Shown here piece after piece: positions 49,632-62,437 of a stretch of DNA of 64,000 bases. The position numbers and the translations under genes were made by a program. Each line of letters starts with the position of its first letter. The stretch's first letter is position 1. Source of the DNA: Sarea resinae (lineage: Eukaryota); NCBI GenBank assembly GCA_026026165.1, contig JAPEUD010000022.1, forward strand, positions 186,001-250,000, read 5' to 3'. Below the pieces are notes generated by a model. The model did not search any database and had not been told where the DNA came from. It saw only the letters and a list, made by a program, of their open reading frames with translations.

Positions 49632-50773
49632 CCCCCCAACCCGCCGGTTTTTGTTCCCCGCGACCTTTTTCTTTCCTAAAAAAGAAAAAAAAAAACCAGA
49701 TTCCATGTCTACTTTCTTTCTTTCGCTCGTAGCTTGTCGGTTTTTCTTTTCTTTTGCTACCTCGAACCAGTCAGTCAGTACTCAATAGCCTGTCAACGTT
49801 AGAGATAGACCAATCAATCTCACGTCTCATTAAACTTTAGTTGCCCGATACGGGAGACAAAAAAACCCCGCGTCATTCGAGCTTTCGACCCAATAATCGC
49901 CCCTAGTGATATTCGCTAGCAGAGACATGATTGCACGAATGAAGACAGCTAAAAAAAAAGAAATGGGCTCTGATTTCTTTGGCTTTTCCGCCCAGCCATC
50001 CATCAATCAATCACCTTCGCTCCCTCCCTCCCATTTTCACTACCGTCGAGAAAAAATCAAACGAGAAAATGAAAGACAAGGTGGCCTAGTAATAATACCG
50101 AGAAGCCATCTTCGCTGCCAGAAAGCTCGGGATATTGTGTCTGTTTTTTGACTCCTATAAACAGGCCAGGCAAGCCAGGGGCTCGATCTCTTCACCAGGC
50201 CAGCCTCATGCACATTTTCCGCCCCGCCCATGTCTCAAAGGAAATAGTATTCGTTAAATGAAGATGCTAGTAGCTAAGTAAGATGAGGCTCGGACAATCA
50301 ATTAGGTCTTTCTTGCACTTCCTTATAAAAGGAGAAATAAAAGAAGAAGAAGAGAAAAAAAAAAGGCTTGGCAACGCTAAGAAAGAAGCTCTTGGCTGCA
50401 ATAAATAAAGCCCAGACGATTTTTATATCCTTTCGACTCCCATGGAGAGGCTACACAAGCTAGCCCTTCATTGCTTCACCGGCCCAGCATCCTGCACCTT
50501 TTCGCTCATGTCAAAGTAAAGATAACAGCCCTAAGATGAGAAAACTACTGGCCAAGATGAGGTTTCGACAAATGGGTCTTCTTGTGGTTTTTTTCAGCCG
50601 ATTCAAGCCACGAACAATAAATAGATTCGACAATGTAGGTGAGAGAAAGAAAGATTTGCGGTGCTGGTAGAACACAAATCAGAGACCAGCAGGCGTGGAA
50701 AGAAGAGCACCGATTCCAGCATTTGCCTCTGGGAGGAACAAAACAAAGCTACTGACTGATTCAGCGCCGTTTG

Positions 50774-51845
50774 TCAATCATTGAAACAAGACCACAACAT
50801 ATCTGCAGCTTCTTCCGGCGTGGTATCATGCTCTAGACTCATGGTCAGTAATATCTCTGGAAGCCTATGGTGGAAATGACAAAGAGAATGGCGGATTCTT
50901 ACCCTTCTCGAGGTGCTCGAGCAAGCCAGTCGTCGTATGCAGCCTGTCTTCGGTGTGGGTAGCATCTGGTCCATCATGCTCACAGTGACACACTTCACAG
51001 TGGTGCAAATCCATTCCCTCGAAACACAGTTCACAGTGAAAACCCCATTCGAGCTGCCCTTTGCGACGATCAAACCAAGGAGCGCGGACGATGCCCATGA
51101 AGCGACACGGGTTATCTGCGAAGTAGTCGTCGTCTTGTTTGTCGTCGGCGCATCTGAAGAGTTCTTCTTGATGCGGTCCATGAAGCAACTTTCCGGCTTG
51201 TAGGGCTGCCTCTCTATCTACTAGAAAAAGGCGGTGGCTAAAATGCTCGTCCGAATAACAGCCAGGAAGACTAACCATCTGGGGCAGTACCGACATTGAA
51301 GGAAAATCCAATCGGTAATTCTGCTCGGCATGATACCTCCAGATCGGTAGGGTTTGCGGTGCCACCGTGAGACAGTAAAAGCAGGTGCGCTGGCATCGAA
51401 GGAGGTAAAGAAAGGGACCGAAATCACCGCAGTATGCGCAATGTTGGATAACGAGAGCTTGGTAGAGAGCTCGGCAAGATATTGACCCTGCAATACGAAC
51501 GCTGAGGATAGCACGAACGGCCTGTGGTATATGGGTGAAGATATATTTGTAAGGAGGCAGAAGATCCAGTGTTTGTCTGGCCTTTCGATTGACCCGCCGC
51601 AGTGTTGTCAAACTTTCAATATCTAGGTCGGAAAGGACCGTGTGCAATATTTCGAGGGGTAGTTTTTCCAGCGTACCAAGGTTGAAATCTGTCGATGATT
51701 GACTCGAAGTACTTTGTTCATGCCGGCCATTATCGAGGGGACATTGACGTCTGAGACTGTTGCTGTTGATAATGCCGTAGCTTTGGTCAGGTCGAACGTA
51801 TGAAGGGATGCTGGGCTCTGTGTCGAGTGTAGATGGCTCCGTCAT
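50774..51845 (-). CDS. F-box domain protein with Cys-rich region
   Basis: F-box LGTLEKLPLEILHTVLSDLDIESLTTLRRVNRKAR; CAYCGDFGPFLYLLRCQRTCFYC; probable terminal intron 50833-50902. Confidence 0.85.
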
Positions 51846-52870
51846 GGTTTAGACGGGTACTGAACCAGTAGAAACGGGTCAGTATAAAGTCATGAACAAG
51901 GGCCAAGAAGGATGAGGAGTGTGAATCAAGATAGGTAGGAACGTAGGTATCTTGGAATATATGAGAGGCGACGTGAACTAGGAAGACACTCTTGTTATGG
52001 TTATAGTTGAGGTGAAGCGCGTGTCGTCCACGAAGCTGAGGCCTGTAGAGGCAGTAAAAGATAAAAGGGCTTTTACTTACACAGCAGAGTCAACGGTATA
52101 TCTTCTCAGCAGGATGTTGTGTAAAGAAGCAGAGGGACGAATTTGAAGATGAAGTAGAAGCAGAGTTGAAGAATATCGAAGAAGTCAAGATCTTCCTTAC
52201 TCGGTCATATTCAAAGAGTGTACGTGATTCGGAATGGAGGCCCACTTGATGGAATCTTCAATGAAGTCTATTCCGCGTTTGTTGTAGTTTGACATGAATG
52301 CCAATATCGGAACCAGAAGGTGTAAATCTGAAGCAATGCAGGACCGACGGGCCGACACGCACCACCAGATATTGATATGTTCCGGCTGGCTATCATGAGC
52401 AATTCCTGGCATTCAGACTGCTATTTACCAAAGTTCTTTGATCCTGTCAAACTTGGTGACAATCAAAACAAAGATGAACACAAATCCAGTGATATTGGTT
52501 CAATCTATCTAGTTTCGCAGATTCCAGCTTTGGAGTCCTGATTTTCAGTCTATCATTCCGCCCAGAATACGCTATCCTCCCAATGCAAAACACTGCCGTC
52601 GATGATCCCACTCTTGATGTTGGGTCAACGTAATGATTGCGCAAAATTGACGCGTACGCGCGAGACAGGTACCGCCAATTCTCAATTTGAAATCCTTCCG
52701 CTAAGCCATAATAGCTGCTGTCATCCGAATCGGATATAGCAACTCGGAGGATATGAAAAACCCTGAACGCCGGTTTCACTTAGCATGACTTGGTGTAGAC
52801 GCCGAAATCTGCTGATGCGAAATAAAAAGGAGTCAAAAGCGTGGTGAAAGTCATTCTCATTTCCCCTGAT

Positions 52871-55233
52871 TCATCCAATGTGCAAGAAAGCGTTCGGCGG
52901 GAGCATTTCCTAAGACCAGTCAGCAAATTAGACCCTAAATGACGGACGATGAGTTCTACCTTTGCGCTTTCAAACGATGTCAAGGCAGCCTCGAAATTCC
53001 ATCCAGCCTGTTCCAAGCACATTTTCGAATACTCCAAAGTCATCTTCGTCCTAGCGCTCATCTCTCCCACCATGACTTCCTGCTGCACTTGCTCGTCGGG
53101 CTTTCCGGGCATCGCCATACCAAACCCTTCTGGGAATTGAGAGATCTGAGGCTGTTGAAGAGCTGGTGTTCCAAGGTTTCCTGTACCCTCCGGCATCCAG
53201 GCTTCATGTCCTCCGTATGCCCGTAAGACCATTGTGTCACTGATCACTCTGATTCCTCCCACACCCGATCCGGGTCCAAGCACAAAGGTGCGATCAAAGC
53301 TTCGGCGTATAGTGACTTGGCCGGTAGAAACGTCCATCTCCTCAAATTCCGAGTGGACCGTGACGATCAAACCCCCAACACCCCCCGGAGATTGGCCACT
53401 AGGGTCTGGTAAGCCCGGGAGAGAGTGGCATTCGACTAGCCACTTTTGGGGCTCGCCGGCCAGATTTGGGTGGCGTGAAACAGGCAGAGACAGCCAGACA
53501 TCCCGAATATTGTCAGTCCCGGTATGAAGTCGCGACATTCTGGCTGGCAGGTGATTGATTTTCATAATATTCCTGCTCTTTTTGATGTATGCATCCCATG
53601 TCTGAGTCTTCATGTCATGTCCTTGCTGTGGGGCGCGTGGTGCTGATGTATTGACGCTCAGAGAAAATTGTGACTGAGCATCATAGAAGCCATTTGCCAG
53701 AGAGGCCCGATCGGTGTCGTATGCGGGGAAAAAGTTTTTGATGAAGTTCTCTGCGATCTGGACTTCGTCGCGGAAGCTCGGGCCTTGCACGGCAATAGGA
53801 AGGACCCCTTTTGCCTGATTGTTTCGCTTAGAGACAATGGTGGCAACTTCTTCGTCAGATCGAATCTGATTTCCATCCAGAAATCGTAGTGTCGGATACC
53901 ATCTCATCAGTTCGTCCTTGTATTGAGGCTCCGAAGTCGTCAAAGGGTTACCAGTGAGCACGAGATGGTCGAGATGTGGAAATCTCTTCTTCCAATTCTC
54001 CAGAGAACGGAATGAGGTGAACTTGTTGTTGGATAGGTCCAGGTTTTTGATATCCGGAAAAGTTTGCGAGAGGGTTGTGACGATTGTAAGGTTGGGTAAC
54101 TCATTTGCAGAAAGGGTGATACTCTCGACCATATCACGCTTCTGCTGCGCGGTCTGAAAAACGGTGTCGCAAACCTTCATGAGGGCTGGGAAAAATTTCG
54201 ACTGGGTAGACTCTTTTTGAAACATGCCCATGCTGACAAGCTCCGAATCGGTCCCTAAGGCTGAAAGGTTTAATAATTTGAGAGCCGGATCGTAACGACG
54301 GCTGAGCACCCCAGAGAGTTTCTGCTTCACGTCGATGGCGTCGGGAGATTCTCTGGCGCCGGCCAGGTTGCCTGGGGCTGAAGCCTCCTGATACTGGTCG
54401 ATCTTCAACGCAACTCCGGCGAACATGAATGTGTCGAGTCTTAATATCTTCGGTGCATCCTCCGGTCTCACAAAAACTATCAATGCGTCCCCCTCCGCGC
54501 GTGACTAAGCACCGTTAGCAAGGTGTCGGCGACCTTGAAATGCAAGTCACCCAAAAACGGCTGCGACAAGGCTCGAAAATCTCGGTCGTCGTTCTGAAGA
54601 TTTGGCTTGAAACGAGAGCGGACCGGAAGGGGCGAGGCTGCCTAGACCTTGGTGACCGGCGAGCGCGATTGTAGAACATACCTTTTTGATCCTCACGGCG
54701 TCTCGCGCTGGTGTATCTGGTCCCGTTGCCTTGCGCTCAAGAAAGGCCAGTAGATCCTTGATGCCGCCGTCCGAATTGTTGGCCGCTTTGCTCTGCCGCC
54801 ATCCGACAACGCGAATCTGGTCTAATCCACTCTTTGCCTTTCCAGACGCCTCCCGTATAACACTTTCCATTCCTCCTCTCACTCCACTTCTGCCACTCCG
54901 GGGCTGGCTCTTCGCATCGCCGGTTGCCAGTCCACGGATGATTGCTTTCTGGAGCGCCGCTCCGTTCAGAGCTCCTCGACCTGGGACTGACCTGAGAGCT
55001 TCCCGACCGCCCGGGGGCCCGTCTCCACGGTTCTGCGCACCATTCCGGCCCTTGCGATGACGATTTTTTGCAGATCCAGCCGCATCCATATCCAGATCTC
55101 CATCTTTGTCGGTCCGGAGGCCACCACGTCGTTTTTGAATCCCGCCCCGACTTGGACCGTGCGTTGTATTCGAATTGGTCTGCCCTCCTCGGGCGGCTCT
55201 TGGCCCACTTGGCGGTCTCATCATCGGAGGCAT
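52871..55233 (-). CDS. MEX67: mRNA export factor Mex67 (NXF1/TAP family)
   Basis: Introns 54505-54681 and 52910-52959; RGG-rich N-terminus with DKDGDLDMD, LRRs (LDLSNNK, LVLTGNP), NTF2-like (RSFDRTFVL) and TAP-C/UBA (TKMTLEYSKMCLEQAGWNFEAA) domains. Confidence 0.95.
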
Positions 55234-56187
55234 GATGAGCTGCGAGAAGCGAAGGAAGATGCTAAGAGATGCGTCACCGCCGGTTGTCGATTCGACGGTG
55301 AGCGGTCGTCGAGGTGGAAGATATCGCCAGCTAGGATTCGAAGCGGAAAAGTGCAAGAGATGAAGCTTTGAGGTCGGTTTGCAGATGGTCTTCGAGAGCG
55401 AGCGACGGAGGGAAATGGGCGGGCTGAGGGTGGTAGTAGTGGTGGCGATGTGGGTGAATAGAGAGGTGAAAGAAAGAGCAGTCGACGAGTGGGCTGTAGT
55501 AATAGTATTCTTTTTGAATCTGAATCTGGTCAAGTGCAAGTCCGAAGGACGCAACTGATCTCGGGGCTGCCTGCGGAAGAGACGATCCTACTGGAGGCGA
55601 GAGCACTGCCTGACGCACGAACATGACGCACACTCGGCGGTATGGGGTCCCATCCTTGCCAAACATGCAATATGCGCATCCGGTACTTGTAGCGTCCCAC
55701 AGTCTACAATCATATCAGATCAGATTAGATCTTCCTACTCTCTCCAGCTCTCCCACTTCGGACAATCAAGGGTCCATGCAGATATGGACCAGCTATTGGA
55801 GACTCAATTTAGCATGAATGCGAGATCTCATAGCCATCAGCTTCCTGCAATTTATGCCCTTGATCATTGTCTGATATCCAGCATACTCCGTAGCTATCAA
55901 TAGGAAGGAAGCTCACTCAGGAACGGGTTCAGCTCTATTCGCTTACGCAACCAACCGCACTCGCAGGTCGAATAATCCAAGCTGTCCTCTTCTAGAACGC
56001 GCGCGCCCCGAAACCAGCTGCTTTGTTCGGACTGCGAACCTCCTCACCCCTCACGAGCCATCCACTCCAGTTGATCTCCCGAGCTTGTCTGACGATCAAG
56101 GTCCCTTCATTGGCGACTCTTCTCCTTTGACACCGAGGCCGTCGGCCGTCCTGCTCGCAGCGTTCGAAGCTGCTCATCTCCAACAGC

Positions 56188-57678
56188 ATGCCCCCCAAAT
56201 CCCGCTTCACCCGCTTGGATGCCTTTACCAAGACCGTTGAAGATGCGCGCATTCGGACTACTTCAGGGGGGATTGTAACAATTGCTTCGTTGCTGATTGT
56301 GCTCTATCTGGTCTGGGGAGAATGGACGGATTACAGACGGATAGAGGTGCAACCCGAGCTGATAGTAGATAAGGGGAGAGGTACGAATTAAATGCTTCCT
56401 GCGCTTCTCCACGGCGGCAATGCTGATGGTTCTTATTCTCGCAGGGGAGAGGATGGAGATTCATCTCAACATCTCTTTCCCGAGGATACCCTGCGAATTG
56501 CTCACCCTCGACGTAATGGACGTTTCCGGCGAGCAGCAAACGGGCGTCATGCACGGCGTGAACAGAGTGCGCCTAGCTCCCGAGTCCGAAGGCGGACATG
56601 TCATCGAAACCACCGCCCTTGACCTGTAATGACCGTTTTCCGATTTTCTTTCTCGTCACCCACTGACTCCTCTCCAGCCACTCCGACGACGCCGCCGCCC
56701 ACCTCGACCCCGAATACTGCGGCGACTGCTACGGTCCTCCGGCCCCAGCCAACGCCGCCAAACCAGGCTGCTGCAGCACTTGTGACGAGGTTCGCGAAGC
56801 CTACGCCTCCGTCTCGTGGGCCTTTGGCCGGGGCGAAAACGTCGAGCAATGCGAACGCGAAGGCTACGGCGAGCGTCTCGACGCCCAGCGCCGCGAGGGA
56901 TGCCGCATCGAAGGCGGGCTGCGCGTCAACAAAGTAGTCGGCAACTTTCACATCGCTCCAGGACGCAGCTTCAGCAACGGCAACATCCACGTCCACGACC
57001 TCGACAACTTCGTCCATAGCCCAGTCGAGGGCGGCCACACTTTCACCCATCACATCCACCACCTCCGCTTCGGACCCCAGCTCCCAGATGAGATAGTCAG
57101 TAACCTCGGCGGCCCGTCAAGCGATCTCAACCCGCTAGACGGGACCTCGCAGGCCACGGACATACCAAAATACAACTACATGTACTTCGTCAAAGTGGTC
57201 TCGACATCGTACATCCCGCTGGGCTCGAAGGGCCTCCTCAGCTCGAACCCCGAAAACGACGTCCAGGACCAGGCTCTTGGGTCTTACGGCCACGCCGCCG
57301 ACGGCTCCATTGAAACGCATCAATACTCGGTCACGAGCCATCGCCGCAGCCTGAGCGGGCTGAATGACGGCACGGGGGATCCGCGAGAACGGCAGCATGC
57401 ACAGGGGGGGATTCCGGGGGTGTTTTTCTCATATGTACGGTCATCCCCCATTGCAATCTTTGGTTCTCACCGTGTAAATCAAAATGAGATGACGGCTAAT
57501 CCATTACCAGGATATCTCTCCCATGAAAGTCATCAACCGCGAAGTGCGCTCCCGCTCGTTCACGGACTTCTTGACCGGCGTCTGCGCCGTGGTCGGCGGC
57601 ACCCTCACCGTCGCCGCGGCCGTGGACAGAGGCGTCTACGAGGGCGCCATGCGAGTCAAGAAGTTGCATCAGGGATGA
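56188..57678 (+). CDS. ERV46: ER-derived vesicle protein Erv46 (ERGIC3 family)
   Basis: Introns 56381-56444, 56626-56677, 57435-57510; LDAFTKTVEDARIRTTSGG, CELLTLDVMDVSGE, YCGDCYG, VNKVVGNFHIAPG, GIPGVFFSYDISPMKV, C-terminal KKLHQG. Confidence 0.95.
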
Positions 57679-58220
57679 TCGATACGGCCCTGCGAGAAAG
57701 CATGCATTTGAATAGAGGGAATAGTGATGCGGGCATGGCAAGGGCGAGCTTGGGCGTTTCCATCTGTTTTTCCATTTTCTTTGACTTGTCTCATGGTATG
57801 TTGCTCGTTGTCTTCTTCTTTTTTTTCTCTTTCCCTTTTCAGTTCACTTAGAGTCGGCTTTGTCATGTTTTGGTCGTCCAGCACGCATTATCTCTCATAC
57901 CATGCCATCTCTGTACAGCCAGCCAGCAAGACGCAAAAGAAATCACAATCCTCCCAGGCCCAAAGCGATCGTGGCGTCCGTGATCCATGCATGCATCTCA
58001 GACATGTCTATCTCCGGCCCCAACTTCGTAATGGAAAAACGAAAACCAAAAACTAAAACCAACAAGTCTGCATCCCAGAACAGGAAAGATGCCGACGAGC
58101 GACACGAAGCCCAAAGAGCATTAAATGACTTCCAACGAACAAAGCTCACCCCCCTGTCCCCTCTTCCCTCCCTCCGCTTTCTCTCCCGTCTCTCCCCCCT
58201 GCCTACCCCCCCATACCACT

Positions 58221-59749
58221 TCACTTCACTTCGCTCACCCCCCCCAGCCCCACGGCCGCCCCAACATCCAAACTCACCCGCAACCTCGTCGCCGCCAACG
58301 GGATTTCATAATACGCCAAGTGCTCCCCGGCACTATTCAGCACGCCCGTGGCGACGATGTCGACGGGCACGACGCCGGTCCTGTACGTGCTGGCGATGGC
58401 CTCGAGCACCAGCGTCTGGTTCGTGGTCGCGCGGAACGGGGCCGTGTTGTTCCCTGGCACGAGGGTGAGGGAGGGGATGACGGCGTGCCCGATTATGGTG
58501 GGGGTGCCGTGGATGTAGAGGGTTTGCGTGATGTTGCCCTGTGTTTTGAAAGGGGGTGGTTAGACTTGAGGGGGGGAGGGGGTGTGGGAGAGGGAGTGGG
58601 GGGAGGGGAAGCGTACTAGTTCTAGCGTCATGATGGATGGGTTCGGGATGTAGACTTGGCCGACCAGATTGGCTCCGTCGGATGCCGGGGTCGATAGGAT
58701 TTTGAACGAGGTGATGTTGAAGCCTGCCAGGCTGTTGAGGCCTTGATATTGGACCAGCCAGTCAGTCTTTCTGTTGTCTCTATCCAGTCAAGGGGATAAA
58801 AAGCGGGGGAATGTCTGTAGGGGAAAAATGAGAGGGGGGGGAGGGTAGGTGTGGGCAAGTCTCAACGGTCCACACGATTAGGATAGGGGTGTTGATTGGT
58901 TCCGACAGACACTCACCCTTCAGCGTGACAACCTCGTTGTAATTCACCGTCGTGGTCGGGAAGCTCATCTCGTGCAGTCTCGTCTTCCCCCTGAGGGCGA
59001 GTCGGTAACTCTCGCTGCCCAGCACCAAGGCGCTGTACTTCTCAAACTGCGCCGGATCGGCAATGGCCACGGTCTGGTCCACCTGCGTCGGCGCCTTGCG
59101 CGTCGCGTGGATGGCCGGCATCGTCATGTACGCGAACGGCTGGATGTGGGATTCCGTGCCTTCGAGAAATAGGGAGGCGTTGAAGGAGGATAGGTGCGGG
59201 TGGTAGGAGGAGTTGTTCTCGATGATGCCGGATTGGACCAGGTGGAATGAGGAGGGCGTGGGCGAGAGGATGGACATCGAGGAGATGTGCAGCGCGGATC
59301 GGTTGACGTCGCGTTGCGCGATGGAGTGGAAGCCGCAGTAGACGCTGATGCGGAGGGAGGCTCGTCAGGGCCGCGCGTAGATAGATGGGCCAGAAAAGGG
59401 GGGAGGAGAAAGGGGAAGTGAATAGGAGAAAGAAGCAGAGGAAAATAAAGCAAGGCAAGGCAAGGTAAATGTCCAAGACTCAAAAGGCAATGAGGAAAGA
59501 TGTCACTCACATTGGAAGCACAAGACACAGCGTCACGACGATAGTAACGATAACGTGCACCCACCAGAACCTTTTGAAGTGGTTCTTCAGATTGGCTCCA
59601 AAGGTCCGTTTTCCCTTCCTGTCCGGCGACGCATCCTCAATGTGCTGACTGCCTTGTCGACCAAACTCTTCGTCTTTGATGGGCGTGGACTGCTGCACCT
59701 CCTGTTGCGGCTGTTCTTCGAGCTGGTGCTTCTCAAGTCGGTCTGCCAT
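58221..59749 (-). CDS. DUF3712-type single-pass membrane protein
   Basis: Introns 59345-59510, 58742-58916, 58539-58616; HFKRFWWVH plus TM helix, IPNPSIMTLELGNIT, HLAYYEIPL. Confidence 0.85.
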
Positions 59750-61981
59750 TATCGCTGTTTTCTGTTGCTGCCGACGCCCCTATGAAGATCAAAGGAGTCG
59801 ATATCACGAGAGCTGAGCGGGAATGAAACCTGGATATGGGAAATGAGAAGTGCTGTAGAGGAATCGGCGTAAAGAAAATCAAAAGCAGAGTCTTCGCGCG
59901 GTGGTTGTCACACAAAGTGAGTAATGGCATTGACTGGATTGCGCGCGTACTTCAGGAAAATAAATAACAACCAATGGAACAGAAATGGAGAAGACGAGGA
60001 GCCGCTCACACCTGGTGTCCACCTTTCCCGTAAGAGAACAGGCTTTCCCCACCGCGACCTCAGATTCCCCGCAGTAAGGACAATGACAGCACCGACATTA
60101 CAGAGATCGTCTTGTCCAATCTGCTCTGCTAAGGAATATACAACATCAGTCTTTCTCCACGACACCGGTCACATGGATCTCGTATACCTCTTTAGGAAAT
60201 GAACGTTTCCTAGAAGAGGGACGTCGGACTTGTAGCTGAATTCGGCGCACATAGGTCATCAGTAGTAAAGCAATGGTCGGATTACTCTGCGCTTCATCCG
60301 GTGGGGATGCGACTGTCACAGGTTTCCCATTGGAGCAGTATTCAATGCAAATCAACATGAGTCGACTGAAACTAAAGGCCAATGCCGAGGCATAGAGATA
60401 GTTTGGATGATGATCTGAGCTGCCGTGCCTCATCGACGTGACATCAGGAAGTGAGTACGAGGGCAACAAGTTGGCCCTTGTCCGGATCCTTGTTTGTTTG
60501 TTTTTTCTTTCACTCACGAATGCGCCCTGCAGTCAATGGAATTGGGCAATGTTAACGCCGAACCTCGGTATCTGCTGAAGATGAGAGTGCATGTGGCGCC
60601 ATTCTTGGGATGAACATGCAGAAAGAAGAGGCGGGCTGGATTCACAGGGAGCTGTCGCACATACAGACGAGCTAGGATGCGAAAGTCTGCGGTGCACAAA
60701 GCACTCCTTACGGGCGAAGTCAGGTAGGATGGACTGCTCGAATATGTGTAGTGTGGTAGGGACGTCGGGGGTCGAGGACGAATACAGAGTCGACGACAGG
60801 AATAAAGATTGCGGGGAACGGGAACGAAGAGCGCGAACAGCGGGCTAGATTGTGGAGTACATGAGTAGCGCAGTCCAGGGGTCATCTAGTCTTACCCACG
60901 GGCCACATCACCTCCATCCCCAGACCAGGGCCATACAATCAAGACCAATCCTTCGTCGGGGCGGAGACTCAAATCGGCATGCTGCCGAGACAATGACTAC
61001 ATATTGATTCGATGGGACTTTGCCTCTGACGGCGCTGGCGTGTGGTGACAAGAGATTGGAGAGAAGCTAGGAGAAGAGAAGATCGAAATCCGAAAACGCC
61101 ATCCTCGATGAAGAGAACAGTGACAGCTCAGGCGCATATGCCTTCGTGGCTACCTTATCTTGTAGTGTTGATGCGTAAAGTACTTCGTGTGCGTTGAGCT
61201 GCTCTCGTGCCATATGTGAATTTGCAGGACCGTCGAGTTTCCACAGGACTCGAACGGGCCACTGGATAAAATGGACCATATAGCTCGATTAAAGTCCTAC
61301 TTATCTTAATGAAAGGTTGTATGGCGTAGTGGTATAAATGCGCGGCTGCTACAAAGTAATGAATGATTATCGCACTTGATGGTTTCGATATGATGTGAAT
61401 AGCAGTTGGCCCTATACAAGCACGCCTCTACATACGCCATGACCCGTCGCAGTATTTGAAGACTAGATGGAGAAGTGAAGTAGAGGCCCCGCTTGTGTGT
61501 TACCTTACGAAGTTCCGACATAATGATATGAGATCCCCTTTCAATCCTGGCTATGAAAAAAGAAGCCAATGAGATAATCCCAACGGGGTTTCGTAGGACC
61601 ACTCACCAGAGTGGTCTGAGCTTTTTGCTCACCGTCGCTCACGTTCATTTATAACTTATTGCAAGATCGAGTGGCATGAAAATGGCGAGAAACACATACC
61701 GATCACTTTTGCTGATTCCTACTAGACGTACAAGCATTTAAAAGGCAATCAGGATTGATCGCCAAGATCACGCCGAAAGGGCTTTCTTTTTGCGGTATAC
61801 AAATGCATCTACCGTTTGCAAACGCGGTTCCATAAAGTGTTCTTTTCAAAGGGTATCGTTCTCGCATTCAAAAGCGGCATAGCTACAGCTATCGCACCAG
61901 CAGTCCGAGTCCTTTCGCCTTACAGGGACACGAACCACGCTTAGATACAAAAGAAGCTCCGTTGAGTATCAGAGTGCGCTC

Positions 61982-62011
61982 AAATGCGACGAAATGCGAC
62001 GAAATGCGACG
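61982..62011. repeat. 10-bp tandem repeat, three copies
   Basis: AAATGCGACG x3. Confidence 0.9.
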
Positions 62012-62437
62012 AAGTTACAGCGCTCTTGGTCTACAAGATCTCGCTTGTATGGAACGAGAAGAGGAAGATATCGACAAAGAGAAAGATAATCGAAGAGAAA
62101 GAACACCTAGCTTGGAAAAGGTTTTGCTCATAAAAGGCACAATCATTTGAAGATCTGGCAAGGTCCTACCAGCGTGGCAGGCCCGCTCGCTTCAACTCTC
62201 ATCACCCGTGCGGGCATAAGTCAAAAAGAAGGACGAAAAAAGAGAGGCGCCAGCATGGAACATCCGAACAATCCAACAGTGCTTGAGACTAGATCAGCAG
62301 AGAGGTTGAGAAACAAACGGATTGAGTACTCCCGCACGCTAAGCTTGGTCACAACCACTTAAGTGAACGCCAAAGAAGATTCGTCCGTACGATAGAAGAT
62401 GTGCATGCGAGAGAGCTGAGGTAGGTCGGGGTAGTAC

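Noticed and set aside
52197..52779. Two short - strand ORFs between MEX67 and the F-box gene
   Set aside because: No recognisable motif, codon bias or consistent splice model; probably UTR/promoter sequence
59800..62400. Short ORFs in the 2.6-kb gap between the DUF3712 and SEL1 genes
   Set aside because: All under ~125 aa with no domain signal; no RNA gene motif recognised
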